DNA of 62,679 nucleotides, the filler included, from Candidatus Delongbacteria bacterium (GTDB lineage Bacteria; UBA4055), in assembly GCA_016937995.1 (NCBI GenBank). It is 5 parts of 5 records of this genome, joined end to end, with 100 filler letters (N's around TTAATTAATTAA, not from the genome) between each part and the next. Parts side by side here need not be neighbours in the genome. Positions count along the whole stretch, not along the records: positions 10,963 to 18,642 come from JAFGVM010000046.1; positions 18,743 to 36,099 come from JAFGVM010000047.1; 3 more parts are not named here. One strand, 5' to 3'. The translations under genes and the position numbers were made by a program. The notes under the pieces were generated by a model. That model saw only the letters and a list, made by a program, of their open reading frames with translations, did not search any database and had not been told where the DNA came from. This document shows positions 18,129 to 28,056 of this stretch, piece by piece; position 1 is the first letter of the stretch, and every line of letters begins with the position of its first letter.

Positions 18129-18554
18129 ATGCAACTGGTTAAATTCAGAGATTTTGACGGGTTCGATAAATTGATGAACTCATTCTTCGCTCCGGAGAGA
18201 GATTTTTTCAGATCAGGTGTAAGGAACTGCAAAGCTGATGTTTACGTAAAAAATAACAATATTATAGCAAATCTTGATCTGCCGGGAATCGATGCCAAGG
18301 ACATTGAGATCACAATAGAAGGAAATCTGTTGAAAGTTTTCGGGAACAGAGAAGAGGAAAAAGAGATCAATGAGCAGGATTACTACAGGAAAGAGATAGT
18401 TAAGGGCTCTTTCGAAAGGTATATTACACTGCCTACAAATAAGATCGACAATGAAAAGATCAATGCTTCTTACAAAAAGGGTGTTCTTACTATCGAGATC
18501 CCTAAAAAAGAAGAGGAGAGAAAGAAGATCGAAATAAAAGTAGAGAACGATTAA
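18129..18554 (+). CDS. Hsp20/alpha-crystallin small heat shock protein
   Basis: DLPG, I.I.I.GN.L.V.G, GSFER.I.LP, ASYKKGVLTIEIPK; start moved to MQLVKF after AAGGAGG. Confidence 0.93.
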   Translation: MQLVKFRDFDGFDKLMNSFFAPERDFFRSGVRNCKADVYVKNNNIIANLDLPGIDAKDIEITIEGNLLKVFGNREEEKEINEQDYYRKEIVKGSFERYITLPTNKIDNEKINASYKKGVLTIEIPKKEEERKKIEIKVEND

Positions 18555-18586
18555 AATTTAAATTCAATACTGAAAAGATCCCCCTC

Positions 18587-18617
18587 AAAAGACCGTTCAT
18601 TATAACGGTCTTTTTTT
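18587..18617 (+). terminator. Intrinsic terminator after hsp20
   Basis: aaaagaccgtt-cattat-aacggtcttttttt. Confidence 0.85.
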
Positions 18618-18642
18618 ATTTTGGTACAGCCTTACGGACAAA

Positions 18643-18742
18643 NNNNNNNNNNNNNNNNNNNNNNNNNNNNNNNNNNNNNNNNNNNNTTAATTAATTAANN
18701 NNNNNNNNNNNNNNNNNNNNNNNNNNNNNNNNNNNNNNNNNN
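18643..18742. other. Artificial contig spacer
   Basis: N-run + TTAATTAATTAA + N-run. Confidence 0.99.
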
Positions 18743-18744
18743 AA

Positions 18745-19728
18745 CTTAATTCATTTCTAAATCAGGATGATCCTGATTATGCAGGATTTGAGAATTTAGG
18801 AAAGACTGAACTGATAGTAGAAGAAGCAAGAAAATATCACATTCAGCAGGTACTTGATATTCCTTACATTAACAAATCCGGTATAAGGAAGAGGAATTTT
18901 AAAGTGGCAATAGACTGTGTCAATGGAGCTGGAAGTGTTATTCTTGCAGACCTTTTGATCGATCTCGGATGCAGTGTCGCAAAGATAAACTGCACACCAA
19001 ACGGGATATTTCCTCATGGTGCAGAACCTTTACCTGAGAACCTGACCGAAATTTGCGAATTCATAAAAGAAGGTAATTTTGATATCGGTATGGTCGTTGA
19101 CCCCGATTCAGACAGATTGGCACTGATATCTGATGCCGGTGTTCCATTGGGTGAAGAATATACTCTGGCCATGGTAGCAGACCTTTTACTTGATAAGATA
19201 AATACTGATATAGTCGTAAATATTTCAACATCCAGAGTTATTGAAGACATTGCAAAGAAAAATTATAAGAAGATCTTCAGAACTAAAGTTGGAGAAATTA
19301 ATGTCTCTACTGAAATGATAAAAAGAGGATGTCTGATCGGTGGAGAAGGGAATGGCGGAGTGATATTACCTCAGATCCATCCCGGGAGAGATGCTTTGGT
19401 AGGAGCGGGATTGATCCTTCAGTACTTATTTGAAAAGGACAGCTTTGTTACGAATATATTCAATGACCTTCCTCAATATATGATAGTTAAAGACAAAGTT
19501 TCTGTCGAGAACATCGATTTTGATGCAAAAATGCAAATTATACTTGATGGTGAGGATCCTGAAAATATAGATGATATTGATGGAATTAAGATAAATCATG
19601 AAGAATATTGGGTACAATTGAGAAAATCCAATACAGAACCGATCGTAAGGATTTTCGCGGAAGCAAAGACAAAAGAAAAGGCGGAAGAGATTGTTAAAAT
19701 ATATAAAGATAAACTCATTGGTCAGTAA
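18745..19728 (+). CDS. glmM: Phosphoglucosamine mutase / phosphomannomutase, 5-prime part missing at the contig edge
   Basis: Frame open from the contig start; DCVNGAG, DPDSDR metal loop, GGEGNGG, LRKSNTEP. Substrate specificity is inferred. Confidence 0.75.
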   Translation, partial: LNSFLNQDDPDYAGFENLGKTELIVEEARKYHIQQVLDIPYINKSGIRKRNFKVAIDCVNGAGSVILADLLIDLGCSVAKINCTPNGIFPHGAEPLPENLTEICEFIKEGNFDIGMVVDPDSDRLALISDAGVPLGEEYTLAMVADLLLDKINTDIVVNISTSRVIEDIAKKNYKKIFRTKVGEINVSTEMIKRGCLIGGEGNGGVILPQIHPGRDALVGAGLILQYLFEKDSFVTNIFNDLPQYMIVKDKVSVENIDFDAKMQIILDGEDPENIDDIDGIKINHEEYWVQLRKSNTEPIVRIFAEAKTKEKAEEIVKIYKDKLIGQ

Positions 19729-20980
19729 AGTACTTCGAATACCTTTGTTTATATACATCGTAACTATTACTCTACATGTGTATTCTCAACCGGAGAAGAC
19801 ATTAATGTTCGATGAAACATATACGACCGGGCTACCTGTTTTCAGGTATAATATTGTTAGGTTATTCAATGAAAAAGACGGTTATTTTGATCTTAATGTT
19901 CAAACAGAGATAACAAATGAGAGACTTCATTTTTTAAAAAAAGGAAGTGAATACACTTCAACTTACGTGATATCAGTGGCTGTCTTTGAAAGGGGTAAAA
20001 CAAATGATATACCTTTATCCCAAAAATCTGAAAAAACAGTATATTCAACTAAAAATTACTCTGAAACCCAGTTAAACAAATCAAATAAAAAACACAACTA
20101 TATATTTTCAGTACCTGAAGGTTCTTATTCAGTCGTATTACTTATTACCGACCAGAACAGTAAGAAAGAATTCAAAGTAAAAAAAGAGATCGAATTTTCT
20201 TTGAAAGAGGATCCGGCAATATCAGATCTTCAAATGGTCAGCTGGAACGATGATGATAATTTTCTAAACGACTACACTCCTAACATAAACAATATAATTG
20301 ATAAGAAGAACAGCTTCACCGGAGCTCTTTTTGAAATTTATTCAGTTGATGCTGTTAATGTTTCATACAGCATCGAATATAAAATAATTGACAGAAAAGG
20401 AAGTATCCTTTATCACGACACGTTCAAGGATATTTTAAAGGATAATCTTCATTATCAGGTATTAAAGATACCTTTGGATAAATTCAATATCGGGAATTTC
20501 AAGATCGAACTTAAAGTTGATTTTCCTGAAACGACAATTGAAAGAGAGAGTACTTTTTATTTGAGATGGAAGGACCTTTCACTTAATATTTCTGATATTT
20601 CGGTAGCTATAGAACAAATGCTTTACCTGATGGATTATGATTCACTTAAACCTGTATTCAATTATGATGAAGAGCAGAAAAAAATATGGTTTCAGAACTA
20701 CTGGAATGATCTGGAGACAAATCTAAAGCTGAAAAAAAATTCCCTGATGGAAGAATATTACCGCAGGATATCATTTGCCAATATAAATTTTTCAGTTCCT
20801 TTAAAAGAAGGATGGAAAACAGATATGGGTAAAGTACTTTGCATTATGGGTGATCCTGATGAAGTACAAAGTTACAGTTTTACAAGAAATTCCCGACCGT
20901 ATGAAGTTTGGATATATTATGAATACGGTTCACAATATATTTTTGATTATATCAGTGGTGAATTCAGATTAAGAAAATAG
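19691..20980 (+). CDS. GWxTD domain-containing protein
   Basis: EEYYRRISFAN..F....EGWKTDMGKV...G.PD...PYEVWIY; N-terminal signal/TM; start may be TTG at 19718. Confidence 0.85.
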   Translation: MLKYIKINSLVSKVLRIPLFIYIVTITLHVYSQPEKTLMFDETYTTGLPVFRYNIVRLFNEKDGYFDLNVQTEITNERLHFLKKGSEYTSTYVISVAVFERGKTNDIPLSQKSEKTVYSTKNYSETQLNKSNKKHNYIFSVPEGSYSVVLLITDQNSKKEFKVKKEIEFSLKEDPAISDLQMVSWNDDDNFLNDYTPNINNIIDKKNSFTGALFEIYSVDAVNVSYSIEYKIIDRKGSILYHDTFKDILKDNLHYQVLKIPLDKFNIGNFKIELKVDFPETTIERESTFYLRWKDLSLNISDISVAIEQMLYLMDYDSLKPVFNYDEEQKKIWFQNYWNDLETNLKLKKNSLMEEYYRRISFANINFSVPLKEGWKTDMGKVLCIMGDPDEVQSYSFTRNSRPYEVWIYYEYGSQYIFDYISGEFRLRK

Positions 20981-21065
20981 TCTGGTATGCAGACTTGTAT
21001 CCCGTGAAAGATGCAAGTAACACATTCTTGCGTTCTGAACCATTATTAAGAAGGAATCATACAAA

Positions 21066-21827
21066 TTGAAAATAGCAGTACTCTCAAGCGGAAGTAAAGG
21101 AAATTCTTCTTTTATTGAATCAAATGATCAGGCGGTTTTAATCGATGCAGGTCTTTCAACCAAAAGGTTACTTATGAAAATGGATGAGGTTGGTGCAGAC
21201 CATAAGATCATTGCAGGAATAATTGTTACGCATGATCACTCTGATCATATCAAAGGTGTCGGAACTCTTGCAAGAAAGTTGAAAATCCCAGTTTATATTC
21301 ATGAGGAAAACTACAGAATGAAAGCTGATATTTTCACGAATTGCCAGATCAAATTCATTGAAAAAGAATTTACAATTGGAAATTTCACTATATCGCCTAT
21401 CCCCGTTTCTCATGACGGTACTGTAAATTATTCTTATAATATTCAGGCTGAAGGTAAAAAAATATCTCATCTTACCGATCTCGGAAAAGCAACATCCCTG
21501 GTCAGAGAACGAACAAAAGACTGTGATCTTTTCGTTCTGGAGTCAAATCATGACCCGGTGATGTTGAAAGAAGGTCCATATCCCTGGTATCTTAAGCAGA
21601 GGATCTCAGGAATAAAAGGTCACCTGTCAAATTCTGATGCCAGTGATCTTATTATTTCTGGACAAAGAACTAACTTGAAGAACATAATTCTTGCTCATCT
21701 CAGCGAGGAAAATAACGATCCTGTATTGGCTTATGAGAACATGGTATGCTCGATCACAGAAAAAGATCTGGATATTAACGTTCATATAGCACTTCAAAAT
21801 AAACCACTGGAGTTCATTGAGATATGA
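21066..21827 (+). CDS. MBL-fold metallo-hydrolase (YycJ/WalJ-like)
   Basis: LSSGSKGN, THDHSDH, SHD, LESNHD, GHLSN, LAHLSEENN. Confidence 0.9.
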   Translation: MKIAVLSSGSKGNSSFIESNDQAVLIDAGLSTKRLLMKMDEVGADHKIIAGIIVTHDHSDHIKGVGTLARKLKIPVYIHEENYRMKADIFTNCQIKFIEKEFTIGNFTISPIPVSHDGTVNYSYNIQAEGKKISHLTDLGKATSLVRERTKDCDLFVLESNHDPVMLKEGPYPWYLKQRISGIKGHLSNSDASDLIISGQRTNLKNIILAHLSEENNDPVLAYENMVCSITEKDLDINVHIALQNKPLEFIEI

Positions 21828-22969
21828 TAAATGATAAATTGATCTATATTTCTGCAGGTGAAACATCAGGGGATCTTTTAGGCAGTGAAGTAATAAAAGA
21901 ACTTATGACAATTGATCCATATCTTAAGATCAAAGGTATAGGTGGCTCAAGTATGGTAATTCAGGGTCTGGACCCCGTCTTTAGAACTGAAGAATTCGGA
22001 TTCATGGGTTTCTTTGAGATCTTCAGTCATATACTTTTCATCAAAAAAGTAATGAATACAATGGTGAAAAATATAATTAAAGACCAACCAAAAGTGATAT
22101 TGCTGATAGATTTTTCAGAATTCCATATAAAACTGGCTAAGCGATTAAGAAAGCATAATATAAGATCGAAGATCATAAAATATGTCAGCCCTCAGATATG
22201 GGCATCCAGGTCGGGAAGGATCTATGATATAGTTGCCAATTATGACTGTTTATGTTGTATCCTTCCGTTTGAGAAGGAAATATATAAAGACCATGATATC
22301 GATTGCAGATACGTTGGTCACCCTCTCCTTGATAAGATAAAGATCCGTTACAGTAAGGAAGAATTTTACAAGTTCTTGAAGACGGGAAGTAATAAGAAAA
22401 TTATTTCAATATTTCCCGGTAGCAGAAAACAGGAAATCGAAAAACATATGGAAATTCTGTTAAAAACTGTGAAAGAACTGAAAAATGAACGTGATGACCT
22501 GGCTTTTTTCATCAGCAGGAACGAAAATATTTCTTTTGATGACCATAGTAGTATTTTCGAGAAGGAAAATATCACTGTAGTTGATTCAGTTTACCAATGG
22601 GAACTTATAAAATATTCAGATATAGTTCTATGTAAAAGTGGAACTTCTTCACTGCAGACTGCGTTAATGAATACTCCTTCTATAATTTTTTACAGGATCA
22701 ATTCGTTTTCATACTTTATTGCGAAAAGGATCATTAAGACCAAATACATTTCACTTCCAAACATTATTGCAAAAAAATTAATAGTCCCAGAGTTGATGCA
22801 GAATGATTTCACAGTTGAAAATCTCAGATCGGAAACTATGAGATATTTGAATGATAAGGAATATTATGAAAACACTGTATCAGAGCTTGAGAAAGTCACA
22901 AATTCTATCGGTGATAAAGGAGCAGGTAAAAAAGTCGCTGAAGCTGTTATCGAATATCTGAACAGATAA
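21824..22969 (+). CDS. lpxB: Lipid-A-disaccharide synthase
   Basis: AGETSGD, YVSPQIWASR, ILPFE, VGHPL, PGSRKQE, SGT, SLPNII. Confidence 0.93.
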   Translation: MINDKLIYISAGETSGDLLGSEVIKELMTIDPYLKIKGIGGSSMVIQGLDPVFRTEEFGFMGFFEIFSHILFIKKVMNTMVKNIIKDQPKVILLIDFSEFHIKLAKRLRKHNIRSKIIKYVSPQIWASRSGRIYDIVANYDCLCCILPFEKEIYKDHDIDCRYVGHPLLDKIKIRYSKEEFYKFLKTGSNKKIISIFPGSRKQEIEKHMEILLKTVKELKNERDDLAFFISRNENISFDDHSSIFEKENITVVDSVYQWELIKYSDIVLCKSGTSSLQTALMNTPSIIFYRINSFSYFIAKRIIKTKYISLPNIIAKKLIVPELMQNDFTVENLRSETMRYLNDKEYYENTVSELEKVTNSIGDKGAGKKVAEAVIEYLNR

Positions 22970-22985
22970 TTGTAAGTTAAAAGCT

Positions 22986-23038
22986 GTCATTATCGAACAT
23001 GATGGATCCCCGGTTCTGGATACCAACCCGAGGATGAC
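22986..23038. repeat. GTCAT...ATGAC palindromic element between convergent genes
   Basis: tgtcattatcg...ggatccccgg...cccgaggatgaca. Confidence 0.7.
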
Positions 23039-23050
23039 AATAATCTAATT

Positions 23051-24451
23051 TTATAAACTGGTTATTGAGAATAATTTATTTTTTTCTTTGAACTCATGTA
23101 CTTTTTGGTCGATCTCTTCTATCTGAGTTAGAAAACGGGCGTATTTTTCGCCGGTCAATTTAGGTGTTGCGATCATTCTTTTCAGTAACGGGTTAGCCCA
23201 TTTTCCCTTATTGTCCTTGATCCCGAAATGCAGATGTGGCCCGGTAACTCTTCCTGTTCTTCCAAGTTTAGCTATCTGTTGTCTTGCTTTGACTGTCTGA
23301 CCTTTTTTCACGAGACTTTTATCAAGATGGATGTAATAAGTTTTAGTTCCGTCCGAATGTTTAATAACAACTTTATTGCCATTTAATTTATCATATCCTG
23401 AATAGATCACTTTTCCTTTTGCAACTGCATAGACTGGATCTCCAATATGACCTCTGTAATCGACACCTGAATGGAACGATCTTTTACCTGTAACTGGATG
23501 TCTTCTTTGCCCGAATGTGCTTGTAACATGGATCTTGTCCACCGGTAATCTTAGTGCGGAATGGATCAGAGCTTTTCCATCTTTAGTGTAGTGGGCATTG
23601 TAAGCAGACAAAGGATCGGTGTCGTCAAATCTGAAAGCTTCATGAAATCCGCTTCTTCTACCTGAATAAGAAACATAATGTATCTTTCCGCCAGATAATT
23701 TATGACCTTCAAAATAATATTCTTCCATGAATACAGTGAACTGATCTCCCAATCTTGCATCTGTCCTGAAGTTAACAACACATTCAAGAATGCCATTGAT
23801 CTCCTGACTTGTTGAAACAGGTATATCACAATCGAGTAGTGCCTGATTCAATGTTGTTTCGATCTTTCCTGTCAAAAACCTGTTCCTTGTTTCTACAGGC
23901 AGAGATATTTTTTCATATTCATAATTTCCTTCAGGATCTTTGGTCAATTTATGGGTTGTAACAACATCAGGTTTAAATTCAAACTCAATAACATTGGTTT
24001 TAGTGGAATCGTAAACCACTTTAAACTCTTCACCTGCTTTCAAAAAACGGAAATCGACATGAAATCTCAGTGCATTTGAAATTTCCATTGCATGTCCGAT
24101 AGAAATACCATCAACTGCTATTAAAGAATTCGTAAACCCTTCATTTGGAAGGATAGAACCGCTTAGTCTATAATTGTTTTCTGTAGGAGACTTTTCTAGT
24201 AAACTGTCAGGTATTATCTCATTTTTTATATTCACTGAGTCTTGAACCATTGCCTGCCCTGAATCAAAGGAGCATAAAACAACTACTGAGAATGCTATCA
24301 GCGCTATCGCAGCCACCAGATTATGATGATGAGTGACAATAAAGTTTTTTATAACTACTCCATCTTGTTTATTGTGGTCAATCGATGTAAAAAATAAGAA
24401 ATATTTTATCAGAAAGCAAATATAGGTTAAAAATGTTGAGTTTATATCCAT
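23051..24451 (-). CDS. M23 family peptidoglycan DD-endopeptidase (MepM-like)
   Basis: HSGVDY (HxxxD), YIHL, GRVTGPHLHF; start uncertain. Confidence 0.9.
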   Translation of the reverse strand: MDINSTFLTYICFLIKYFLFFTSIDHNKQDGVVIKNFIVTHHHNLVAAIALIAFSVVVLCSFDSGQAMVQDSVNIKNEIIPDSLLEKSPTENNYRLSGSILPNEGFTNSLIAVDGISIGHAMEISNALRFHVDFRFLKAGEEFKVVYDSTKTNVIEFEFKPDVVTTHKLTKDPEGNYEYEKISLPVETRNRFLTGKIETTLNQALLDCDIPVSTSQEINGILECVVNFRTDARLGDQFTVFMEEYYFEGHKLSGGKIHYVSYSGRRSGFHEAFRFDDTDPLSAYNAHYTKDGKALIHSALRLPVDKIHVTSTFGQRRHPVTGKRSFHSGVDYRGHIGDPVYAVAKGKVIYSGYDKLNGNKVVIKHSDGTKTYYIHLDKSLVKKGQTVKARQQIAKLGRTGRVTGPHLHFGIKDNKGKWANPLLKRMIATPKLTGEKYARFLTQIEEIDQKVHEFKEKNKLFSITSL

Positions 24452-24500
24452 TCGATTGCACTTATTTCATCAAATATCCTTAAAACAATTAAATCACAAC

Positions 24501-24529
24501 TTGACATTATAACAATATATATATATATT
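24501..24529 (+). promoter_or_regulatory. Sigma-70-type promoter of rpsA
   Basis: TTGACA-N17-TATATT. Confidence 0.65.
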
Positions 24530-24598
24530 CTCGGTTCCAAAACGGCGATGATCCCGGCAGTGTCGGTAGACCGTTCAAAATCAGGAGGTATTTTTATA

Positions 24599-26530
24599 AT
24601 GACTGAAGAAACAAAAAAACAAACCGTTGTCGAACCGGAAGAGATCTGGGTAGACGACATAAGCGAACTGTACGAAGAAGAGTACACAAAAGAACAGATC
24701 GAGGAGATGGAATCCCTGCTTTCCACTTCAATGCTTGACATCAAAGAGGGTGAGATCATTGAAGGAAGGATCGTGAATATCAATCAGGTTGGTGTAGCTG
24801 TTGATATCGGATTTAAAAGTGAAGGAATGATAGAGTTGGATGAGTTTGATGATCTTAATTCTATTAAAAGAGGTGATACTATCAGTGTATTCCTTGAATC
24901 AGTTGAAGGTAGAAGAGGTGAATTGATTCTTTCGAAAAGAAAAGCAGATTTCCTTAAGATCTGGGAAGAAGTTAGAATTATTCATGACGAGCAAACTATT
25001 GTTCAGGGTAAATGTCTTAGAAGAGTTAAAGGTGGTATCGTTGTTGACCTTATGGGTATCGACGCGTTCTTACCTGGATCACAGATCGATGTATATCCTG
25101 TAAGGGATTTTGATGCATTGATAGGTGAAACAATGGACTTCAAGATCGTTAAACTTAATGAGCAAAGAAAAAATGTTGTTCTTTCAAGAAAGATCATTCT
25201 TCAAAAAGATCTTAATGAAAGAAGAGAAGCAACTCTTAAAGAAATACAGATCGGCGATGTAAAAGAAGCTATCGTAAAGAACATAACCGACTTTGGTGTA
25301 TTTGTTGACATAAACGGTCTTGACGGACTTATTTATATAACTGACCTATCCTGGGGTAGAGTAAACCACCCTAGCGAAGTATGTAAACTTGATGAAAAGA
25401 TCAATATTCAGATCCTGGATATTGATTATGACAAGATCAGAGTTTCAGCAGGTTTAAAACAGCTTACATCTCACCCTTGGGAAGGGATTGAGGAAAGATA
25501 CCCTGAAGGCAGTACTGTTCAAGGTAAAGTCGTAAGTATAACCGACTACGGTGCATTTGTTGAAATAGAAAAAGGTATCGAAGGTTTGATCCATATTTCA
25601 GAAATGAGCTGGGTTCAGCATGTGAAACATCCGTCAGTTTATCTCCACTTAGGTGATGTTATTGATGCGGTTGTTCTGAACATAAAGAAAGAAGAGAAAA
25701 AGATCTCTTTAGGTCTTAAGCAACTTGAACCTGATCCTTGGGCGATAATTGAAAACAAATATCCTGTTGGTTCTAAGCACAAAGGTGTTGTTAGAAGTCT
25801 TACTCAATTCGGTGCTTTCACTGAGCTTGAGGACGGAATTGACGGTTTGATCCATATCAGTGACCTTTCATGGACTAAAAAGATAAGACACCCTAAGGAT
25901 GTTGTAAGAAAAGGCCAGGAAATTGATGTTATCGTTCTGGATATAAACAAAGACGAAAGAAGGATCGCTCTTGGTTACAAGCAATTGGAAGAAGATCCTT
26001 GGGTCGAATTTGAAAAAATCTTAGTCGAAGGATACGAAACAAAAGCTAAAGTTATTAGAAAAATTGACAAAGGTATTATCGTTGAACTGAACGAACCTGC
26101 AGTTGAGGGATTTGTTCCTAAATCTTTAGCAGATAACTATGCTGGATGTAAAGAAGGTGATGAGATCGATCTTGTTGTTGAAACTTTCAATAAAGAAGTA
26201 AGAAAAGTCGTTCTTAAAAGCCCTACTGTTGCTTCACAAAAAGAAATTGCTGAAGCTATTATCAAGGAAGAATATGAAGCATCATTAGCTGAAGAAGTAG
26301 TGGTTGATGAAGTTGAAGATGACAATACTGTAGAAGCAGTTGAAGAAACAACTGAAGAAAAACCAGCTAAGAAAACTACTAAAAAAGCTGCTAAGAAAGA
26401 TGAAGAACCAAAAGAAGAAGAAGTAGCTGAAGAAGCTAAAGAAGAGAAACCGGCTAAAAAGACTACTAAAAAAGCTGCTAAGAAAGATGAAGAAGAAGTA
26501 GCTGAAGAAACTAAAGAAGAAGAAAAATAA
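24599..26530 (+). CDS. rpsA: 30S ribosomal protein S1 with long charged C-terminal tail
   Basis: Six S1 domains (VDIGFKSEG, FLPGSQID, DFGVFVD, GLIHISEMSW, GLIHISDLSW); start MTEETK after AGGAGG. Confidence 0.96.
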   Translation: MTEETKKQTVVEPEEIWVDDISELYEEEYTKEQIEEMESLLSTSMLDIKEGEIIEGRIVNINQVGVAVDIGFKSEGMIELDEFDDLNSIKRGDTISVFLESVEGRRGELILSKRKADFLKIWEEVRIIHDEQTIVQGKCLRRVKGGIVVDLMGIDAFLPGSQIDVYPVRDFDALIGETMDFKIVKLNEQRKNVVLSRKIILQKDLNERREATLKEIQIGDVKEAIVKNITDFGVFVDINGLDGLIYITDLSWGRVNHPSEVCKLDEKINIQILDIDYDKIRVSAGLKQLTSHPWEGIEERYPEGSTVQGKVVSITDYGAFVEIEKGIEGLIHISEMSWVQHVKHPSVYLHLGDVIDAVVLNIKKEEKKISLGLKQLEPDPWAIIENKYPVGSKHKGVVRSLTQFGAFTELEDGIDGLIHISDLSWTKKIRHPKDVVRKGQEIDVIVLDINKDERRIALGYKQLEEDPWVEFEKILVEGYETKAKVIRKIDKGIIVELNEPAVEGFVPKSLADNYAGCKEGDEIDLVVETFNKEVRKVVLKSPTVASQKEIAEAIIKEEYEASLAEEVVVDEVEDDNTVEAVEETTEEKPAKKTTKKAAKKDEEPKEEEVAEEAKEEKPAKKTTKKAAKKDEEEVAEETKEEEK

Positions 26531-26551
26531 TCTTTCTCTCTGGTTAATAAT

Positions 26552-26586
26552 AAAAAAAGGTGGAAATTTATGTTCCACCTTTTTTT
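26552..26586 (+). terminator. Intrinsic terminator after rpsA
   Basis: aaaaaaaggtggaa-atttatg-ttccaccttttttt. Confidence 0.88.
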
Positions 26587-26607
26587 ATTTTACCTTAAAT
26601 TATTCAT

Positions 26608-27873
26608 ATGAACAAAACTGCATACATATTTACCCTCGGTTGTAAGATAAATATCTACGAATCTGAAGCGGTTAAGGATATTCTGATACGTTCAGGTTAT
26701 GAGATCGTAAAAAAACCTGAGAATGCTGACGTTGTGATAATCAACAGTTGTACAGTAACTTCAAATGCGGACAGCAAACTGTATAAATTTCTGAATAAAG
26801 CATCCATTGCTAATCCGTATGCTATCAAAGTTGTGATGGGTTGCTATTCTCAACTGGAATCAGAGAAATTGAAAGAACATAATATTGCAGATATTATACT
26901 AGGAATTGACAACAAGTATCAGATCGTTCAGATTATCGAAGAGCATAGAAATTCAAAATATGTTCAGGTTCATGATAATTCAAAGATAGAATTTGAGGAT
27001 TATCATCTGGCAGAATATAAAAATCATACGAGAGCTTTCCTGAAAGTGCAGGATGGTTGTGATAATTTTTGTACATACTGTACGATATCGAAGGCAAGAG
27101 GAAGATCAAGGAGTAAGTCGCCATCGTCTATAATGAAAGACGTAAAAGATCTCGTTAGTAACGGTTACAAAGAGATAATTCTATCCGGTATAGATCTTGG
27201 GAGTTATAAATATGAAGAAAATGGTCATTTGTTTCTACTGAAAGATATTATCAAAGAGATCCTGAAGATAGAAGGTTTTAGAATAAGGATTAGTTCAGTT
27301 GAGCCTTGGTGTTTTGATGAAGAATTAATACGTATTTTCACTGATGAAAACAGAATCTGTCCACATTTCCACATTCCTTTGCAATCAGCCTCAGATAACA
27401 TTCTTAAAAAGATGAATCGAAAGTATAAAATAAAAGAATTTGATACACTGATCAAAAAACTGAAAAGAAAGAAAGATGTACTGATCTCTACAGATATTAT
27501 AGTAGGTTTTCCTACTGAATCAAAAGCAGATTACGAACTATCACTGAGCTATCTAAAGAATTCTCAACTTGATACAGCACATATTTTTTCCTATTCTGAC
27601 CGGCCTCATGCAGCTTCTAAAAACTTACTTCCAAAAGTTCTAAAAAAAGAAATTGATAGAAGAAGTAAGGAACTTAGACAGATAGCAGAAAATAAATTTG
27701 AACAATTTTACAAGAAGAACATCGGCAGCAATAAAGATATAATCATTGAGAAGATAAAAAATAATGATGATATGTATCTATATTCGGGCACTTCAGACAA
27801 TTACCTTCAATTGAGTTTTAAATCAACACAAAAATATAAGAAAGGTGATCTGCTTTCAGTAGTAGTTGAATAA
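26608..27873 (+). CDS. mtaB: tRNA methylthiotransferase MtaB (radical SAM)
   Basis: TLGCKIN.YES, NSCTVT, TRAFLKVQDGCDNFCTYC, ARGRSRS. Confidence 0.9.
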   Translation: MNKTAYIFTLGCKINIYESEAVKDILIRSGYEIVKKPENADVVIINSCTVTSNADSKLYKFLNKASIANPYAIKVVMGCYSQLESEKLKEHNIADIILGIDNKYQIVQIIEEHRNSKYVQVHDNSKIEFEDYHLAEYKNHTRAFLKVQDGCDNFCTYCTISKARGRSRSKSPSSIMKDVKDLVSNGYKEIILSGIDLGSYKYEENGHLFLLKDIIKEILKIEGFRIRISSVEPWCFDEELIRIFTDENRICPHFHIPLQSASDNILKKMNRKYKIKEFDTLIKKLKRKKDVLISTDIIVGFPTESKADYELSLSYLKNSQLDTAHIFSYSDRPHAASKNLLPKVLKKEIDRRSKELRQIAENKFEQFYKKNIGSNKDIIIEKIKNNDDMYLYSGTSDNYLQLSFKSTQKYKKGDLLSVVVE

Positions 27874-27939
27874 TGTACAATATGTTATTTTTATTATTGG
27901 GCAGGTGTTATCAACTAACGTAGTCATCTAAGCTAAAAT

Positions 27940-27970
27940 TTGACAAAAATGTTTTAGAGTGTTATCTTTG
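27940..27970 (+). promoter_or_regulatory. Putative promoter of the SLT gene
   Basis: TTGACA-N17-TATCTT(TG). Confidence 0.55.
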
Positions 27971-28056
27971 TCGGGATTTCTCAAGATATATTGAGAAATA
28001 AGTGTTATATCCACCAAGGTGGAAATAAGGCTGTCGTTGTTAAATAAAACGGAAAG

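Noticed and set aside
26137..26578. Ser- and Phe-rich antisense ORFs
   Set aside because: Mirror of the low-complexity S1 tail
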